Assembly: GCA_965242865.1 (NCBI GenBank) | Contig: CBDETK010000013.1 | Coordinates: forward strand, 2,752,001-2,816,000 | Length of the DNA stretch: 64,000 nt | Direction of reading: 5' to 3' | DNA from: Candidatus Latescibacterota bacterium | GTDB lineage: Bacteria > Latescibacterota > UBA2968 > UBA8231 | Shown here: positions 38,147 through 47,753 of the stretch, piece after piece | How the letters are laid out: each line of letters begins with the position of its first letter | Position numbering within the stretch: the first letter of the stretch is position 1 | The notes under the pieces: model-generated | The model's input: only the letters and a program-made list of their open reading frames with translations | Databases searched by the model: none | What the model was told of the DNA's origin: nothing | Translations under genes and position numbers: made by a program

Positions 38147-39793
38147 ATGTCTTCGTTGAAATCTATGAAAACCCTGTTTGCGTTCGTCCTTTTGGGCATC
38201 GTCGCTACTTGGACGGGCTGCTCAGACTCCGCGCCGGTGGCCTCTCGGCCAGCCGGCAAAGCCACCTGTTCCTTGTGCGAGTTCTTGGGCGACGACGCCT
38301 ACACCGCTACCGACGGGCTGCCCGCCCCCGAAAGCCCTGACACCACCCAAACCGACGCCGACGCCGACGCCGATAGCACCGAGACCGACGCTGACGCTGA
38401 CAGCACCCAATCGGCCACCGTGGAGTTTGCCGACGCCAATCTGGAGCGGGCGGTGCGAGAGGCACTGGATCGCCCGCAAGGGACCCTGACCCCGGCCGAC
38501 TTGGCGGCCCTAACCGAACTTGACGCCAGCTATAAAAACATTGAGAGCGTGGCCGGCCTCGAACACGCAACGGCCCTGACAACACTATATCTGCGAGGCA
38601 ACGCGATTACCGATGTGCAGCCGTTGGCCCGCTTGACCAACCTTCAAACGTTGTCGCTGTGGGGGAACAAGGTGGCGGATGCGAGTCCGCTGGCCAGCCT
38701 GATCAGCTTGCGCACGCTGGATATGTGGGGCAACGCGATTACCGACGTGCAGCCGTTAGCGAGCCTAACGAACCTGCAATGGCTCCAGCTAGGAGACAAC
38801 GCGATTGCGGATATCAGTCCCTTGGCGAGCCTGACCAACCTGCAATGGCTGGGCGTGATGGAAAACGCCCTCAGCCAGCACGAGGCCAACCAACAACTCG
38901 CCGCCGCAATCGCAAGCGGCCTCCGCGTCGTAGCGGTACTAGAAAAATACCGCCGCGTCGAAACCGTCCAAGTCTATCCAGAACCGGAACCGACGGGACC
39001 AGTGCCCGCCCTATACTTTACGGACTCTGGCACGAATACGATAAAGCGTGCCAACCTAAATGGCACAGGCGTCCAAGACCTCACCACCGTGGACATGCAA
39101 TTGATTAATCCAACGGGCATCGCGCTGGATTTGACGGGCGGAAAGATGTACTGGGTAGACTGGGGCTCGCATAAAGTTCAGCGTGCCAACCTAAATGGCA
39201 CAGGCGTCCAAGACCTCGTCACGAGATTGGATGTTCCATCGCGCATCGCGCTGGATGTGGTGGGCGGAAAGATGTACTGGACGGAATGGGGCCCGGATCA
39301 TATTCAGTGGGCCGATCTGGATGGCCGAAACGACGAACCCATCGTCACAGGATTGAATAATCCAATAGGCATCGCGCTGGATTTGACGGGCGAAAAGATG
39401 TACTGGGCGGAATTTGGCGCGGGTACTATAAAGCGGGCCAATCTGGATGGCCAAAACGACGAACTCCTCGTCTCAGGATTGACTAATCCAGCGGGCATCG
39501 CGCTGGATTTGGTGAACAAAAACAAAAAGATATACTGGACGGAACAAAACGTGAATACGGGTACTATAAAGCGGGCCGATCTGGATGGCCAAAACGACGA
39601 ACTCCTCGTCTCAGGATTGAATAGTCCAATAGGCATCGAGCTGGATTTGACGGGCAAAAAGATGTACTGGACAACGGCCTCTGGCGTGGGTACTAGTACT
39701 ATAAAGCGGGCCGATCTGGATGGTCAAAACGACGAACTCCTCGTCATCACGGGATTGCAGACGCCAACGGACATCGCGTTAGGTATTCGGTAG
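38147..39793 (+). CDS. Lipoprotein with internalin-like LRRs and a YWTD (LDL-receptor class B) beta-propeller
   Basis: Lipobox WTGC, 22-aa LxxLxLxxNxIxDxxPL repeats, six YFTD/YWVD/YWTE-type repeats; AAGGAG RBS. Confidence 0.9.
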   Translation: MSSLKSMKTLFAFVLLGIVATWTGCSDSAPVASRPAGKATCSLCEFLGDDAYTATDGLPAPESPDTTQTDADADADSTETDADADSTQSATVEFADANLERAVREALDRPQGTLTPADLAALTELDASYKNIESVAGLEHATALTTLYLRGNAITDVQPLARLTNLQTLSLWGNKVADASPLASLISLRTLDMWGNAITDVQPLASLTNLQWLQLGDNAIADISPLASLTNLQWLGVMENALSQHEANQQLAAAIASGLRVVAVLEKYRRVETVQVYPEPEPTGPVPALYFTDSGTNTIKRANLNGTGVQDLTTVDMQLINPTGIALDLTGGKMYWVDWGSHKVQRANLNGTGVQDLVTRLDVPSRIALDVVGGKMYWTEWGPDHIQWADLDGRNDEPIVTGLNNPIGIALDLTGEKMYWAEFGAGTIKRANLDGQNDELLVSGLTNPAGIALDLVNKNKKIYWTEQNVNTGTIKRADLDGQNDELLVSGLNSPIGIELDLTGKKMYWTTASGVGTSTIKRADLDGQNDELLVITGLQTPTDIALGIR

Positions 39794-39924
39794 TCATGGA
39801 GGTTCACCTGCCCGGCTTGCATGGCGTTGAGGCGACGGGCTAAGGAGCCGAGCGGGAAGGACAGCGACCGCCTCTACGGCTTGTTCAAAACGCCCCAAGG
39901 TAGAATTTGCGGAGCAGACCGCTT

Positions 39925-40215
39925 CTAAGGAAAAAGTTTCAGGATCCCTATAATCAGAGTCGCAGCAAAGACAATTCCGCCGATCACTCCCCCCAAGAAC
40001 CAGACCTTTAACTTTGGGATCTCTTCTTTGAGGGCGAGGTGTTTGATCTCGATTTTGAGCTCTTGCACTGCCTCTTTGGTGGCGAGGTATTTGAGGTGGG
40101 TCTCCAATGCCGAAAGACGCTTTTCAGTGTCGCGCCCATTGCCGCGTCCGCTTTCATTGACCGGAACTTCTGGCTCTGCTCGATTCGCATCCTCCTGCGG
40201 CCTCTGTGTGTTCAT
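39925..40215 (-). CDS. Small coiled-coil protein with C-terminal TM (DUF1640/XhlA-like)
   Basis: EKRLSALE, LATKE/LALKE repeat and a terminal hydrophobic helix; ATGA coupling. Confidence 0.65.
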   Translation of the reverse strand: MNTQRPQEDANRAEPEVPVNESGRGNGRDTEKRLSALETHLKYLATKEAVQELKIEIKHLALKEEIPKLKVWFLGGVIGGIVFAATLIIGILKLFP

Positions 40216-40484
40216 ACTTGCTCCTCGGCTTGGCTGAGCCAGTCCCAAAGCGAGCGGGAGGTGAATCCGGCATAATGACCATTCAGCCTAAAAACAACGC
40301 CACTAGCCTCCTCAATGCGGTTTTCTCCCTTGATTCCCACAGAAACCGCGACGTTTTCCGCAATGAAGTCGCTCTGCACGAGAAAACAGGTCTCCGTCAT
40401 TTTATAGGCGGTTGGATACTCTTCGCGGATTCGCTTAGCCACCTCATCGTTCGTCTCCCTCAAGATGATGGCAAACATACTCAT
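40212..40484 (-). CDS. Small hypothetical protein, probable ferredoxin-like (Cas2/VapD-like) fold
   Basis: Beta-alpha-beta-beta-alpha-beta pattern ending YAG....LWDWL; GGAGG RBS. Confidence 0.6.
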   Translation of the reverse strand: MSMFAIILRETNDEVAKRIREEYPTAYKMTETCFLVQSDFIAENVAVSVGIKGENRIEEASGVVFRLNGHYAGFTSRSLWDWLSQAEEQV

Positions 40485-40537
40485 CGGACTATTGACCTCC
40501 TCTTAGCAACAGATCGGGTGGTTCGCTTTTCTCGCCG

Positions 40538-41626
40538 CTAGCGCGCTAGCCAAGCACTGAAGTGCTCGTTCATCTCGTCCATGTTGTCTCGCCACCAACG
40601 CCAGTCGTTGTGTAGCGCACCCGCCACGTTGGCAGGGGCTGTGGGCATGTGCGGGGCCATCTTTTCGCCGGTCTCGGCGTGGACCGAGATCAGCTCCAGA
40701 CCCGATTTACGCGCCGGCGCGTAGGCGATGAAGCGGCCCACCCCGGCCATGGACTGTGGCCGAGCCGCAAAGGCGAGGAACTTGCGCGCGGCCTCCAAAT
40801 TCGGCGCACCCGCCGCGATGACGAGCTGGCCGGTGTCTAGCACTTGGCCATCCCAGACGATGGTAAACGGCTGCTTTTCCAAAATTTGTGCATTGAAGAT
40901 GCGCCCGTTGTACGCGGTGGTCATCACCACTTCGCGATCGGCGAGCATCTGCGGCGGCTGCGCGCCCGCCTCCCACCAAACCACCTGATCCTTGATGGTG
41001 TCGAGCTTGCGGAATGCGCGGCTGACGCCCTCGGGCGTGGCGAGCGTGGCGTACACCTCCTCGCGGGGCACTCCGTCGGCCATTAGAGCGAACTCCAAGT
41101 TTACGGCCGGTACGCGCCGCATCCCGCGCCGGCCCGGGAACGCCTCTAAGTCGAAAAAGTCGGCGATGGTCTCTGGTTTGCGCTCCTTAAAATGGTCTGA
41201 GTGGTACGCATAGATGGTCGAATAAAACAACGTGCCGAGGCCGCATTCGCCCATAGTTTCCGGGTAAAAGTCGTCCTCCGGGGCTTCGCCATTTGCCCCC
41301 AGCGGCAGTTCAAAGTCCAAGACCTCGAGCAGGCCCTCGTCGCAGCCGGTCATGGCATCGGCGACCTCCATATCTATCACGTCCCAATGCACGGCCCCCG
41401 CATCCACTTGGGCGCGCAGCTGGGCGAGGCCGCCGTTGTAGTCCTCCAAGCGAACTTCAATGCCCGTCTCGGCCGTAAACGCCTCGTGATAGCCTTTTGT
41501 GCAGGCCCGCGCATAGGAACCGCCCCAAGACACCACGGTCAGGTATTCCGCGTTGGCCGCCACAGACCCCAGCAGCGCGACCAACGCACCCGCCCGAGCC
41601 AACCTATTGAACCGAGTTAAACGCAT
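40538..41626 (-). CDS. ABC transporter substrate-binding protein (polyamine/PotD-like), orphan
   Basis: Signal peptide; SWGGSY, DFFD...FPG.R, LEFALMADGV and YNGR motifs. Confidence 0.9.
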   Translation of the reverse strand: MRLTRFNRLARAGALVALLGSVAANAEYLTVVSWGGSYARACTKGYHEAFTAETGIEVRLEDYNGGLAQLRAQVDAGAVHWDVIDMEVADAMTGCDEGLLEVLDFELPLGANGEAPEDDFYPETMGECGLGTLFYSTIYAYHSDHFKERKPETIADFFDLEAFPGRRGMRRVPAVNLEFALMADGVPREEVYATLATPEGVSRAFRKLDTIKDQVVWWEAGAQPPQMLADREVVMTTAYNGRIFNAQILEKQPFTIVWDGQVLDTGQLVIAAGAPNLEAARKFLAFAARPQSMAGVGRFIAYAPARKSGLELISVHAETGEKMAPHMPTAPANVAGALHNDWRWWRDNMDEMNEHFSAWLAR

Positions 41627-41634
41627 AGTACAAC

Positions 41635-42273
41635 TTACCTCCTGTTGGGTTGCGGCGTGACGCGCAGGTAGGGCTTAACCGCGGTGAAGCCCTGGGGAAA
41701 TTTCTCGGCGGCTTCCTCGTCCGAGAGGGCCGGGACCACGATGCAGTCGTCGCCGTCTTGCCAGTTGGCCGGGGTGGCGACCGAGTAATTAGCCGTCAGT
41801 TGCAGCGAGTCGATCACGCGCAAAATTTCGTCGAAATTGCGGCCGGTCGAGGCTGGGTAGGTCAGCGTCAGCTTGACCTTTTTATCGGGACCGATGACGA
41901 AAACCGAGCGCACGGTCATGTTGTCGAGCGCGTTGGGGTGAATCATATCGTAGAGCTGGGCGACCTTGCGCTCGGGATCGGCGATCAGGGGGAAGCCTAC
42001 CGCGGCGTTTTGGGTCTCGTTGATGTCGGCGATCCAGCCCTCGTGGTCGTCAACCGAGTTGACGCTCAAGGCGATGATTTTGACGCCGCGCTTTTTGAAC
42101 TGCTCTTCAATGTTGGCCACTGCCCCTAACTCTGTGGTGCAGACCGGCGTGAAGTCGGCGGGGTGGGAAAAGAGCACGCCCCAAGAATCCCCGAGCCATT
42201 CGTGAAAGTTGATGGGACCCGCGGTGGTTGCCGCGCTAAAATCCGGGGCTTCGTCGCCCAGTTGGATAGCCAT
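41635..42273 (-). CDS. 1-Cys peroxiredoxin (Prx6)
   Basis: FSHPADFTPVCTTE, YPASTGRNFDE and TPANW motifs. Confidence 0.95.
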   Translation of the reverse strand: MAIQLGDEAPDFSAATTAGPINFHEWLGDSWGVLFSHPADFTPVCTTELGAVANIEEQFKKRGVKIIALSVNSVDDHEGWIADINETQNAAVGFPLIADPERKVAQLYDMIHPNALDNMTVRSVFVIGPDKKVKLTLTYPASTGRNFDEILRVIDSLQLTANYSVATPANWQDGDDCIVVPALSDEEAAEKFPQGFTAVKPYLRVTPQPNRR

Positions 42274-42347
42274 GACGGTTCTCCTTAGTTCCTACTGTGA
42301 GAGGGTTTGTACGCGAAGTATTGAATTTAATAGTTGCGTGGCCCTCG

Positions 42348-43175
42348 TCAATTGGCCGCCAAAAGCCGCTTGAGATAGCGGGCGCTCTCGCAGACAGCGG
42401 CTTCAGTGCCCAGGGCGGCCGAAGCCTGATGGACCGTTACGTAGCCCTCGTACCCGACCGCGTACAGCGCGTCGATTAGCGGCGGAAAGCGAATGCCCCC
42501 TTCTTCCCACAAGGGAATTTGGCGGAACCGCACCTCGCCGCGGCACCAGGTGGCGAGGGCGTCTGGCCCATCGGCGGTCAAGACCTGATTTTGCAGATAC
42601 ACATTGAACAGGTGCGGCGCGAGGCGGCCGATGGCAGCGAGCGCGTAAGGCTGGCCGCATAGCTCTAGGTTGGCTGGTTCGTAGATCAGGCCAAAATTGG
42701 GGCGGCCAATGCGCGCCAAGGCTTGCAGCGAGCGGTCGATTTCCTCGAACAGACTGCGGGTGTGGCACTGGTGGGCTAGGCGCGTGTCGCGCTCGGCGGC
42801 TTCGTCGGCCGCCCGACGGGCCCAAGCGATATCATCGTCTTTTTTTAAGCAGACGCGCAGCAGGGGAGCGCCGAGCTGTTCGGCCAGATCGAGATAGGGC
42901 GTTATATTGCGGAGGGCGTCCGGCCCTTGGTCGGAGTTTTCGGGGATGGGGAAGTCGCCGGTGAGCATGGAGACAGCCAGCGAGTAGCGGCCGAGCAGGG
43001 CGCGGGCCGCAGCAACCGTGGCTGGCGGGCTGTGCGTACCCACCTGCGAGGCGCGCATACACAGGGCTTCGTACCCGTGCTCAACGGCGAGGATGGCCAA
43101 TTGTTCGAGCGTCATATTGGCTTCGCGCTTGGCGTGGAATTTTTCGGCGACGCGGACCGATAGCGAGAGTTGCAT
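42348..43175 (-). CDS. Sugar phosphate isomerase/epimerase TIM-barrel protein
   Basis: AP endonuclease 2-like layout (HQCH, YEPAN, GYEGYVTV) with degenerate metal ligands. Confidence 0.75.
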   Translation of the reverse strand: MQLSLSVRVAEKFHAKREANMTLEQLAILAVEHGYEALCMRASQVGTHSPPATVAAARALLGRYSLAVSMLTGDFPIPENSDQGPDALRNITPYLDLAEQLGAPLLRVCLKKDDDIAWARRAADEAAERDTRLAHQCHTRSLFEEIDRSLQALARIGRPNFGLIYEPANLELCGQPYALAAIGRLAPHLFNVYLQNQVLTADGPDALATWCRGEVRFRQIPLWEEGGIRFPPLIDALYAVGYEGYVTVHQASAALGTEAAVCESARYLKRLLAAN

Positions 43176-43254
43176 GGGGCCTCGAGGTTGCGGGGGTTGG
43201 CGGCCTGCTTTAGGGAACTACACGTAATTTGCACAAAGAAAGGATGCAAAACCA

Positions 43255-44115
43255 ATGAGAGCGATTCGCGCAACGTGGATTGCAGTCGTCGCCGGCTGGC
43301 TGGCGGTTCCAGCCCAAGCTTGGTGGGGAGATGGACACGGGATTCTGACTGCGGGGGCGGTGCTGACCCTGCCGGAGGAGATGCCCGCTTTCTTTCGCCA
43401 AGGTGGCACCATGGCCAGCCACGTGGTCTTCGATCCAGATCTGTTTAAGAATCGCCGCACCCCCTTGCTCAGCCACGCCGAGCACGGAGAACACTATTTC
43501 GATCTAGAGTACCTCGAAGGGCGAGCGATTCCAACCAAGCGTTTTGACTTTATCGCCTTGTGCTTTGAGCTACAACTCGATCCGCCCCGGGTCGGGATGG
43601 CCCCCTACGCCATCGCCGAGTGGACGGAGCGGCTCGCCGTGGCCTTTGCCGAGCATCGCCAGTGGCCGGAGAACGAGGCGATTCAGCAGAAATGCCTCGT
43701 CTATGCGGGCATTCTCGCCCACTATGCCGAAGACGTTTGCCAGCCCCTGCACACGACCCGGGACTTCGACGGCAAGGAGCAGGCGGACGGCACGGTTATA
43801 GGCAAAGGGATCCACGAACAAGTGGATTCAGCGGTGGAGCGGCTCGGGTTTGCGCCCGAGGATTTGGCGGCTGAGCAGGACATTGTAGCCTTTGATTCGA
43901 CGATGAGGGCCATCGTCGCCCAGATCAAAGAAAGCAATTGGCGGGTGGGAGAGGTGTACGAGCTGCTGGGCCACTGGGAGGACGACAGCGACGCCCGCGT
44001 CCGCGCCTTGACCCTGGCGTTGGGCCGCACGGCCGTGCGCTTTACGGCCTCGCTCTACCTAACGGCTTGGCGCCAGTCTGCTGAAATTCGCTTGCCGCGG
44101 TGGTTGCAGCGCTGA
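43255..44115 (+). CDS. Secreted S1/P1 nuclease / Zn-dependent phospholipase C family protein
   Basis: Signal peptide followed by WW...H; HYFD, HY.ED..QPLH and IHE..D motifs. Confidence 0.85.
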   Translation: MRAIRATWIAVVAGWLAVPAQAWWGDGHGILTAGAVLTLPEEMPAFFRQGGTMASHVVFDPDLFKNRRTPLLSHAEHGEHYFDLEYLEGRAIPTKRFDFIALCFELQLDPPRVGMAPYAIAEWTERLAVAFAEHRQWPENEAIQQKCLVYAGILAHYAEDVCQPLHTTRDFDGKEQADGTVIGKGIHEQVDSAVERLGFAPEDLAAEQDIVAFDSTMRAIVAQIKESNWRVGEVYELLGHWEDDSDARVRALTLALGRTAVRFTASLYLTAWRQSAEIRLPRWLQR

Positions 44116-44118
44116 GGG

Positions 44119-44922
44119 TCAGTCGTTTATGCCCGAAGTTCGGACGGCTGGGCGGACTTGGCCCCCGTGTTCGGCGAGCCAAGCGCGGAAAAATTGCAAC
44201 ACGGCTTCGCCGTCGCCCTGCTGGCGTTGCTTCCGCTGAATGAGCCACAGCTCGATCTCGACGCTGCGCAGGTCCGGGTTTAGCCCTCGGGCTTGGGGGC
44301 TGCCGCGGAAGCGCGCAAAATTCGGCTGCGCCTTGTAAAACGAGATCGCGTCGCTGTTCTGGAGGAGATCGGAGACGATGATGAGACGGCGCGGCACCTG
44401 GCGCCGTTTGGTGCTCTGGAAATGCTTTATGGCAAGCGACTGCACCGACTCCATGATCGGCGACGATTTCGCCTCTTTATTCGTGAGCAGCTTTCGAAGC
44501 TCCTCTTCTAAAGGGGCGCGAAATTTCTGCTGCCAGTTGCGCCGCATGATCGCCTCGGATTGCGTGAGGTGATCGACGTTGTCCGGGTCGCCGGGACTAC
44601 AGACCTTGATGATCGGGTCGAGGCTGCCGCCATGCGTGGGGTCCACCGCAAAAAGGCTGAGCTCGTGATTTTCCTCGATTTCGTCGAGCAAGTTCCAGAT
44701 CCGATGCTCCAGATCGGACTTGGTGGTGGGCAAGAACGAATCCGTGCGGTCGAGCAGAATTGCCGTAATCGCCGAAGGCCCCTCCGACCGGCAAAGGGTC
44801 TTGGGGTCGCGCTCGACCGCCGAGGGCTTTAGCCACACGGAAACGAGCAAGATAACGACGACCCCCGCGATCATTGAGCCGCCTACGATCTTTTTTGTCG
44901 CTAGCTTGCTTTTACCCATCAA
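44119..44922 (-). CDS. Membrane-anchored vWA-like protein
   Basis: N-terminal TM, AILLDRTDS (MIDAS-like), SPIME and IIVSDLLQNS. Confidence 0.7.
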   Translation of the reverse strand: MMGKSKLATKKIVGGSMIAGVVVILLVSVWLKPSAVERDPKTLCRSEGPSAITAILLDRTDSFLPTTKSDLEHRIWNLLDEIEENHELSLFAVDPTHGGSLDPIIKVCSPGDPDNVDHLTQSEAIMRRNWQQKFRAPLEEELRKLLTNKEAKSSPIMESVQSLAIKHFQSTKRRQVPRRLIIVSDLLQNSDAISFYKAQPNFARFRGSPQARGLNPDLRSVEIELWLIQRKQRQQGDGEAVLQFFRAWLAEHGGQVRPAVRTSGIND

Positions 44923-46328
44923 CTTTCGTCCTGATCGTCCCTCGCGCTATCCGGCTGCCGCCGATGCGGGGCCAACGGCCTCAATTCCTCGCTGCCCATA
45001 TCGTACTGATTGTGCAGTTCCTTCACGCCGTTATCAATTCTTATCTCCGCGGCGCTGGTAATTTTCAAGATCTCCTCGCGCGTCAGCATGGCCTTGGGCA
45101 AACTGGTGTCGATGGGGGTTCTCATTATTTGCCAAGACTTCTTAAAGCGCTCGGGGGCTTCTCCGTCTCGCATCGCCCGGTTGGTATCGCGGTAGAGCTT
45201 GAGCAAGTGGTTGCCCGTGTGCTCAAGGTGCTCTAAGTGGTCGGCGAACGATTTGATGAGGCGGCGATGGTCGTCGATGATGGAGTCGTGTTGGCGCCCG
45301 GCGAGCAAGATGTTTTGCTTGATGTCCTCCAACGCCTGCACCGCCTCATTCGACGTTTTCTTCAATCCCTTTAGGTTGTCCTGATAGAGCGCGTTGTATG
45401 CGTCGTCCGCCTCCGCGAATACGCGCGCGCACTTTGCGTACCCCGGATAGCGGTCATCCCACAGGATTCCATCGATAAAGCTAATGATCGCAAAGAGGAA
45501 TCCCATAAAGAACAAGATCCACGATTGGAAGTCCTCTAGGTTCAATGGGTTCTCGCCGAAAGCGGCGATGGCGAGCTTCCCCCCTTGGTCGAGCACCGTG
45601 CCCGTTGTTTCTCGATAGTGCGCCACCATCAGGTTGAAAAACAACGCAAAGCCGATGAACACCCCGGCGCCGAGAATGCCCACGGACTTTCGGCCCCAGT
45701 GGAGGTGATTGAAATTGGTGACGAGGACGCCGAGCAAAAAGGCAATACCTAAATTGACAAACGAGATGACAACCGCCTCCGTGTACGCGCCGAACAGCCC
45801 AAACTCATTGCCCTTTGCCAGAAAGGAGGCATTGCCAAACGTCTCAATGAGAAAGAGCACGGCGATGATGCCTATGTTAAATATCTTATCGTCCCAACTG
45901 CGGGGCTGGGGCTCGCGGCTGAGGCCATTTTGCTCCTTAAATTGCTGCAAGTCTTCTTTTTTGCGGCGCAGGTCCTGTTGCTCGCGGCTCAACTCCACGA
46001 TGGCCTTATCGACGTGCTGATCGAACTCCGCACGTTGCTTGGCCGTTTCGAGCTCAATGGAGCTTAATTGCTCGCGGAAATCGAGCGCGACGAGACGCTC
46101 TCGGTATGCCTTTAGCGTACTCTCGCACACCTTTTGCGCCTGTGCTTGCGCGCTTTCAATTAGCCCGATGACCTTGCGTTCTGTGGGGTCGAGATCGTCC
46201 TCTGCACTGTCTAATGCGGGCCGCCCCCGCCGCGCGTTCCTCTGGCTATCCTCTACGATATGCAGATCTTCGGCGACCTTGTTGGTGTCAATTTTCTCAA
46301 ACGGGTCGGTGTGAAGTTCGTCCGTCAT
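44919..46328 (-). CDS. 4-TM membrane protein with flanking coiled coils
   Basis: Heptad-rich N- and C-terminal regions, four TMs, DDRYPGY; stop overlaps the next start. Confidence 0.75.
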   Translation of the reverse strand: MTDELHTDPFEKIDTNKVAEDLHIVEDSQRNARRGRPALDSAEDDLDPTERKVIGLIESAQAQAQKVCESTLKAYRERLVALDFREQLSSIELETAKQRAEFDQHVDKAIVELSREQQDLRRKKEDLQQFKEQNGLSREPQPRSWDDKIFNIGIIAVLFLIETFGNASFLAKGNEFGLFGAYTEAVVISFVNLGIAFLLGVLVTNFNHLHWGRKSVGILGAGVFIGFALFFNLMVAHYRETTGTVLDQGGKLAIAAFGENPLNLEDFQSWILFFMGFLFAIISFIDGILWDDRYPGYAKCARVFAEADDAYNALYQDNLKGLKKTSNEAVQALEDIKQNILLAGRQHDSIIDDHRRLIKSFADHLEHLEHTGNHLLKLYRDTNRAMRDGEAPERFKKSWQIMRTPIDTSLPKAMLTREEILKITSAAEIRIDNGVKELHNQYDMGSEELRPLAPHRRQPDSARDDQDES

Positions 46329-46444
46329 CGCACACTGCTCCTCACTTACAGCGTCTTTTGGGAGGAAAGGCTGGGGATCGAGGGGATGTATTAAAGATAG
46401 GCATAACTGCGATTTTCGCATCCCTATTCTTTAATGCTCAACCC

Positions 46445-47578
46445 TCAAAGCACCACCCTAAACCCCTCTCGATCCTCCAGGCCCTGCGCGAAGATGCGCG
46501 GGTCGATGTCGAGGCCCGCGCCGAGCGTGTCGGGCACGTGCAGGACGGAAGCGGCGAGCCGCCAGCCATCCGCGATCAGCCCGGGCATGGTAGCCGGCGC
46601 GGCTTCAAGCAGGCAGAAGTTGGGGATGGAAGCGGCGAAATGGGCGTGGTGAAAGCGCTCGATGTAAGACCCCCAGCAGTGAGGAGCGCAGAGCGCGTTC
46701 CACTGCTCCAGACGCGCCGCAGTGCTCCGCCACCACGTCAGGCCCATGGCGCGAAAATCGTGCTGCACCACATCGATAAACCCCTTTTCTACCAAGTCAA
46801 AAAAGTACGGCGGTGGTGCAAACTCCCCGTCGGCAACGAGCGTGTCCCAGTCGTTTGCGACGATGTGCTCCTTCAGGGCTTGGTTGAGCGGGGCGTCTTC
46901 GGCAAAAGGCTCCTCAAACCAGTAGATGCCCACGTCCGCGCAAGCGTCCAACAGGGCCAAGGCCGTGTTGAGCGTATTGCCCATGTTGGCGTCGATGAGC
47001 ACCTTGGCCTGCGGCCCGGCGGCTTCGCGCACTGTGCGGATGACCAACTCGTCGCGTTGGAGACCCTCGTCCGGGGGCATCCAGCGCGCGCCGCGCCCGA
47101 CCTTGATCTTGAAGTGCAAATAGCCGTGCTCGTGGCCGGTGGCGACTTCGCCGCGGAAGATGTCCTTGACTTGGTCCTCATCGGTGGCTGCCAAATCGTC
47201 GATGTAAATCGAGCCATCGTACACTTCGACCGCGCGTTTGCCGCGAGCGCCGAGCAGGCGGTACAGCGGCAACTCCATCATCCGCGCCACCAAATCCCAG
47301 AGCGGCAGGTCGAGGGCGCGGCCCGCGGGCCGGCAGCCGTCGGGGAGTTGGAAGAGATCGCCGATTTCCTTGCCGAGGAGTGCCCGCGCCTCGGCCTCGC
47401 CAATGCGGGACCAACCCAAGCCCCAAGCCCCGCCATCCGTGCGGACCCGGACCACGGGATCCGCGATTTGCTCGCCGTGCGCGGGAATGCGGGCGTTGAA
47501 GCCGATGTAGCGCGGCCGGGTGCCGCGCAGAACGCATTTTTCAATACAAGTAATTTTCCCCTTGGGGACTTCGTGCAT
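46445..47578 (-). CDS. Mandelate racemase/enolase superfamily protein
   Basis: KIKVG, IDAN, FEEP, ADGE and PHCWG motifs; GAGGAG precedes ATG 47578. Confidence 0.88.
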   Translation of the reverse strand: MHEVPKGKITCIEKCVLRGTRPRYIGFNARIPAHGEQIADPVVRVRTDGGAWGLGWSRIGEAEARALLGKEIGDLFQLPDGCRPAGRALDLPLWDLVARMMELPLYRLLGARGKRAVEVYDGSIYIDDLAATDEDQVKDIFRGEVATGHEHGYLHFKIKVGRGARWMPPDEGLQRDELVIRTVREAAGPQAKVLIDANMGNTLNTALALLDACADVGIYWFEEPFAEDAPLNQALKEHIVANDWDTLVADGEFAPPPYFFDLVEKGFIDVVQHDFRAMGLTWWRSTAARLEQWNALCAPHCWGSYIERFHHAHFAASIPNFCLLEAAPATMPGLIADGWRLAASVLHVPDTLGAGLDIDPRIFAQGLEDREGFRVVL

Positions 47579-47753
47579 GGCCAAGCTCCTCATCAAGGCG
47601 GGGGCAAGACGCCCTCGCCGTTCCACAATCGGATCACCGGGAGGCTCAATAATACAAGGGCGTCGTTGGGTGTCAAACGGCGTCCCGGACTTGCGGATTG
47701 CCGCGGACCGCAAGAAGTTATCCGCACAAAAGCGAGCAGGAGACCGAGCAATC

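Noticed and set aside
39000-39790. Regularly spaced DNA repeats that could suggest a CRISPR array
   Set aside because: They are in-frame YWTD protein repeats; no unique spacers and no cas genes.
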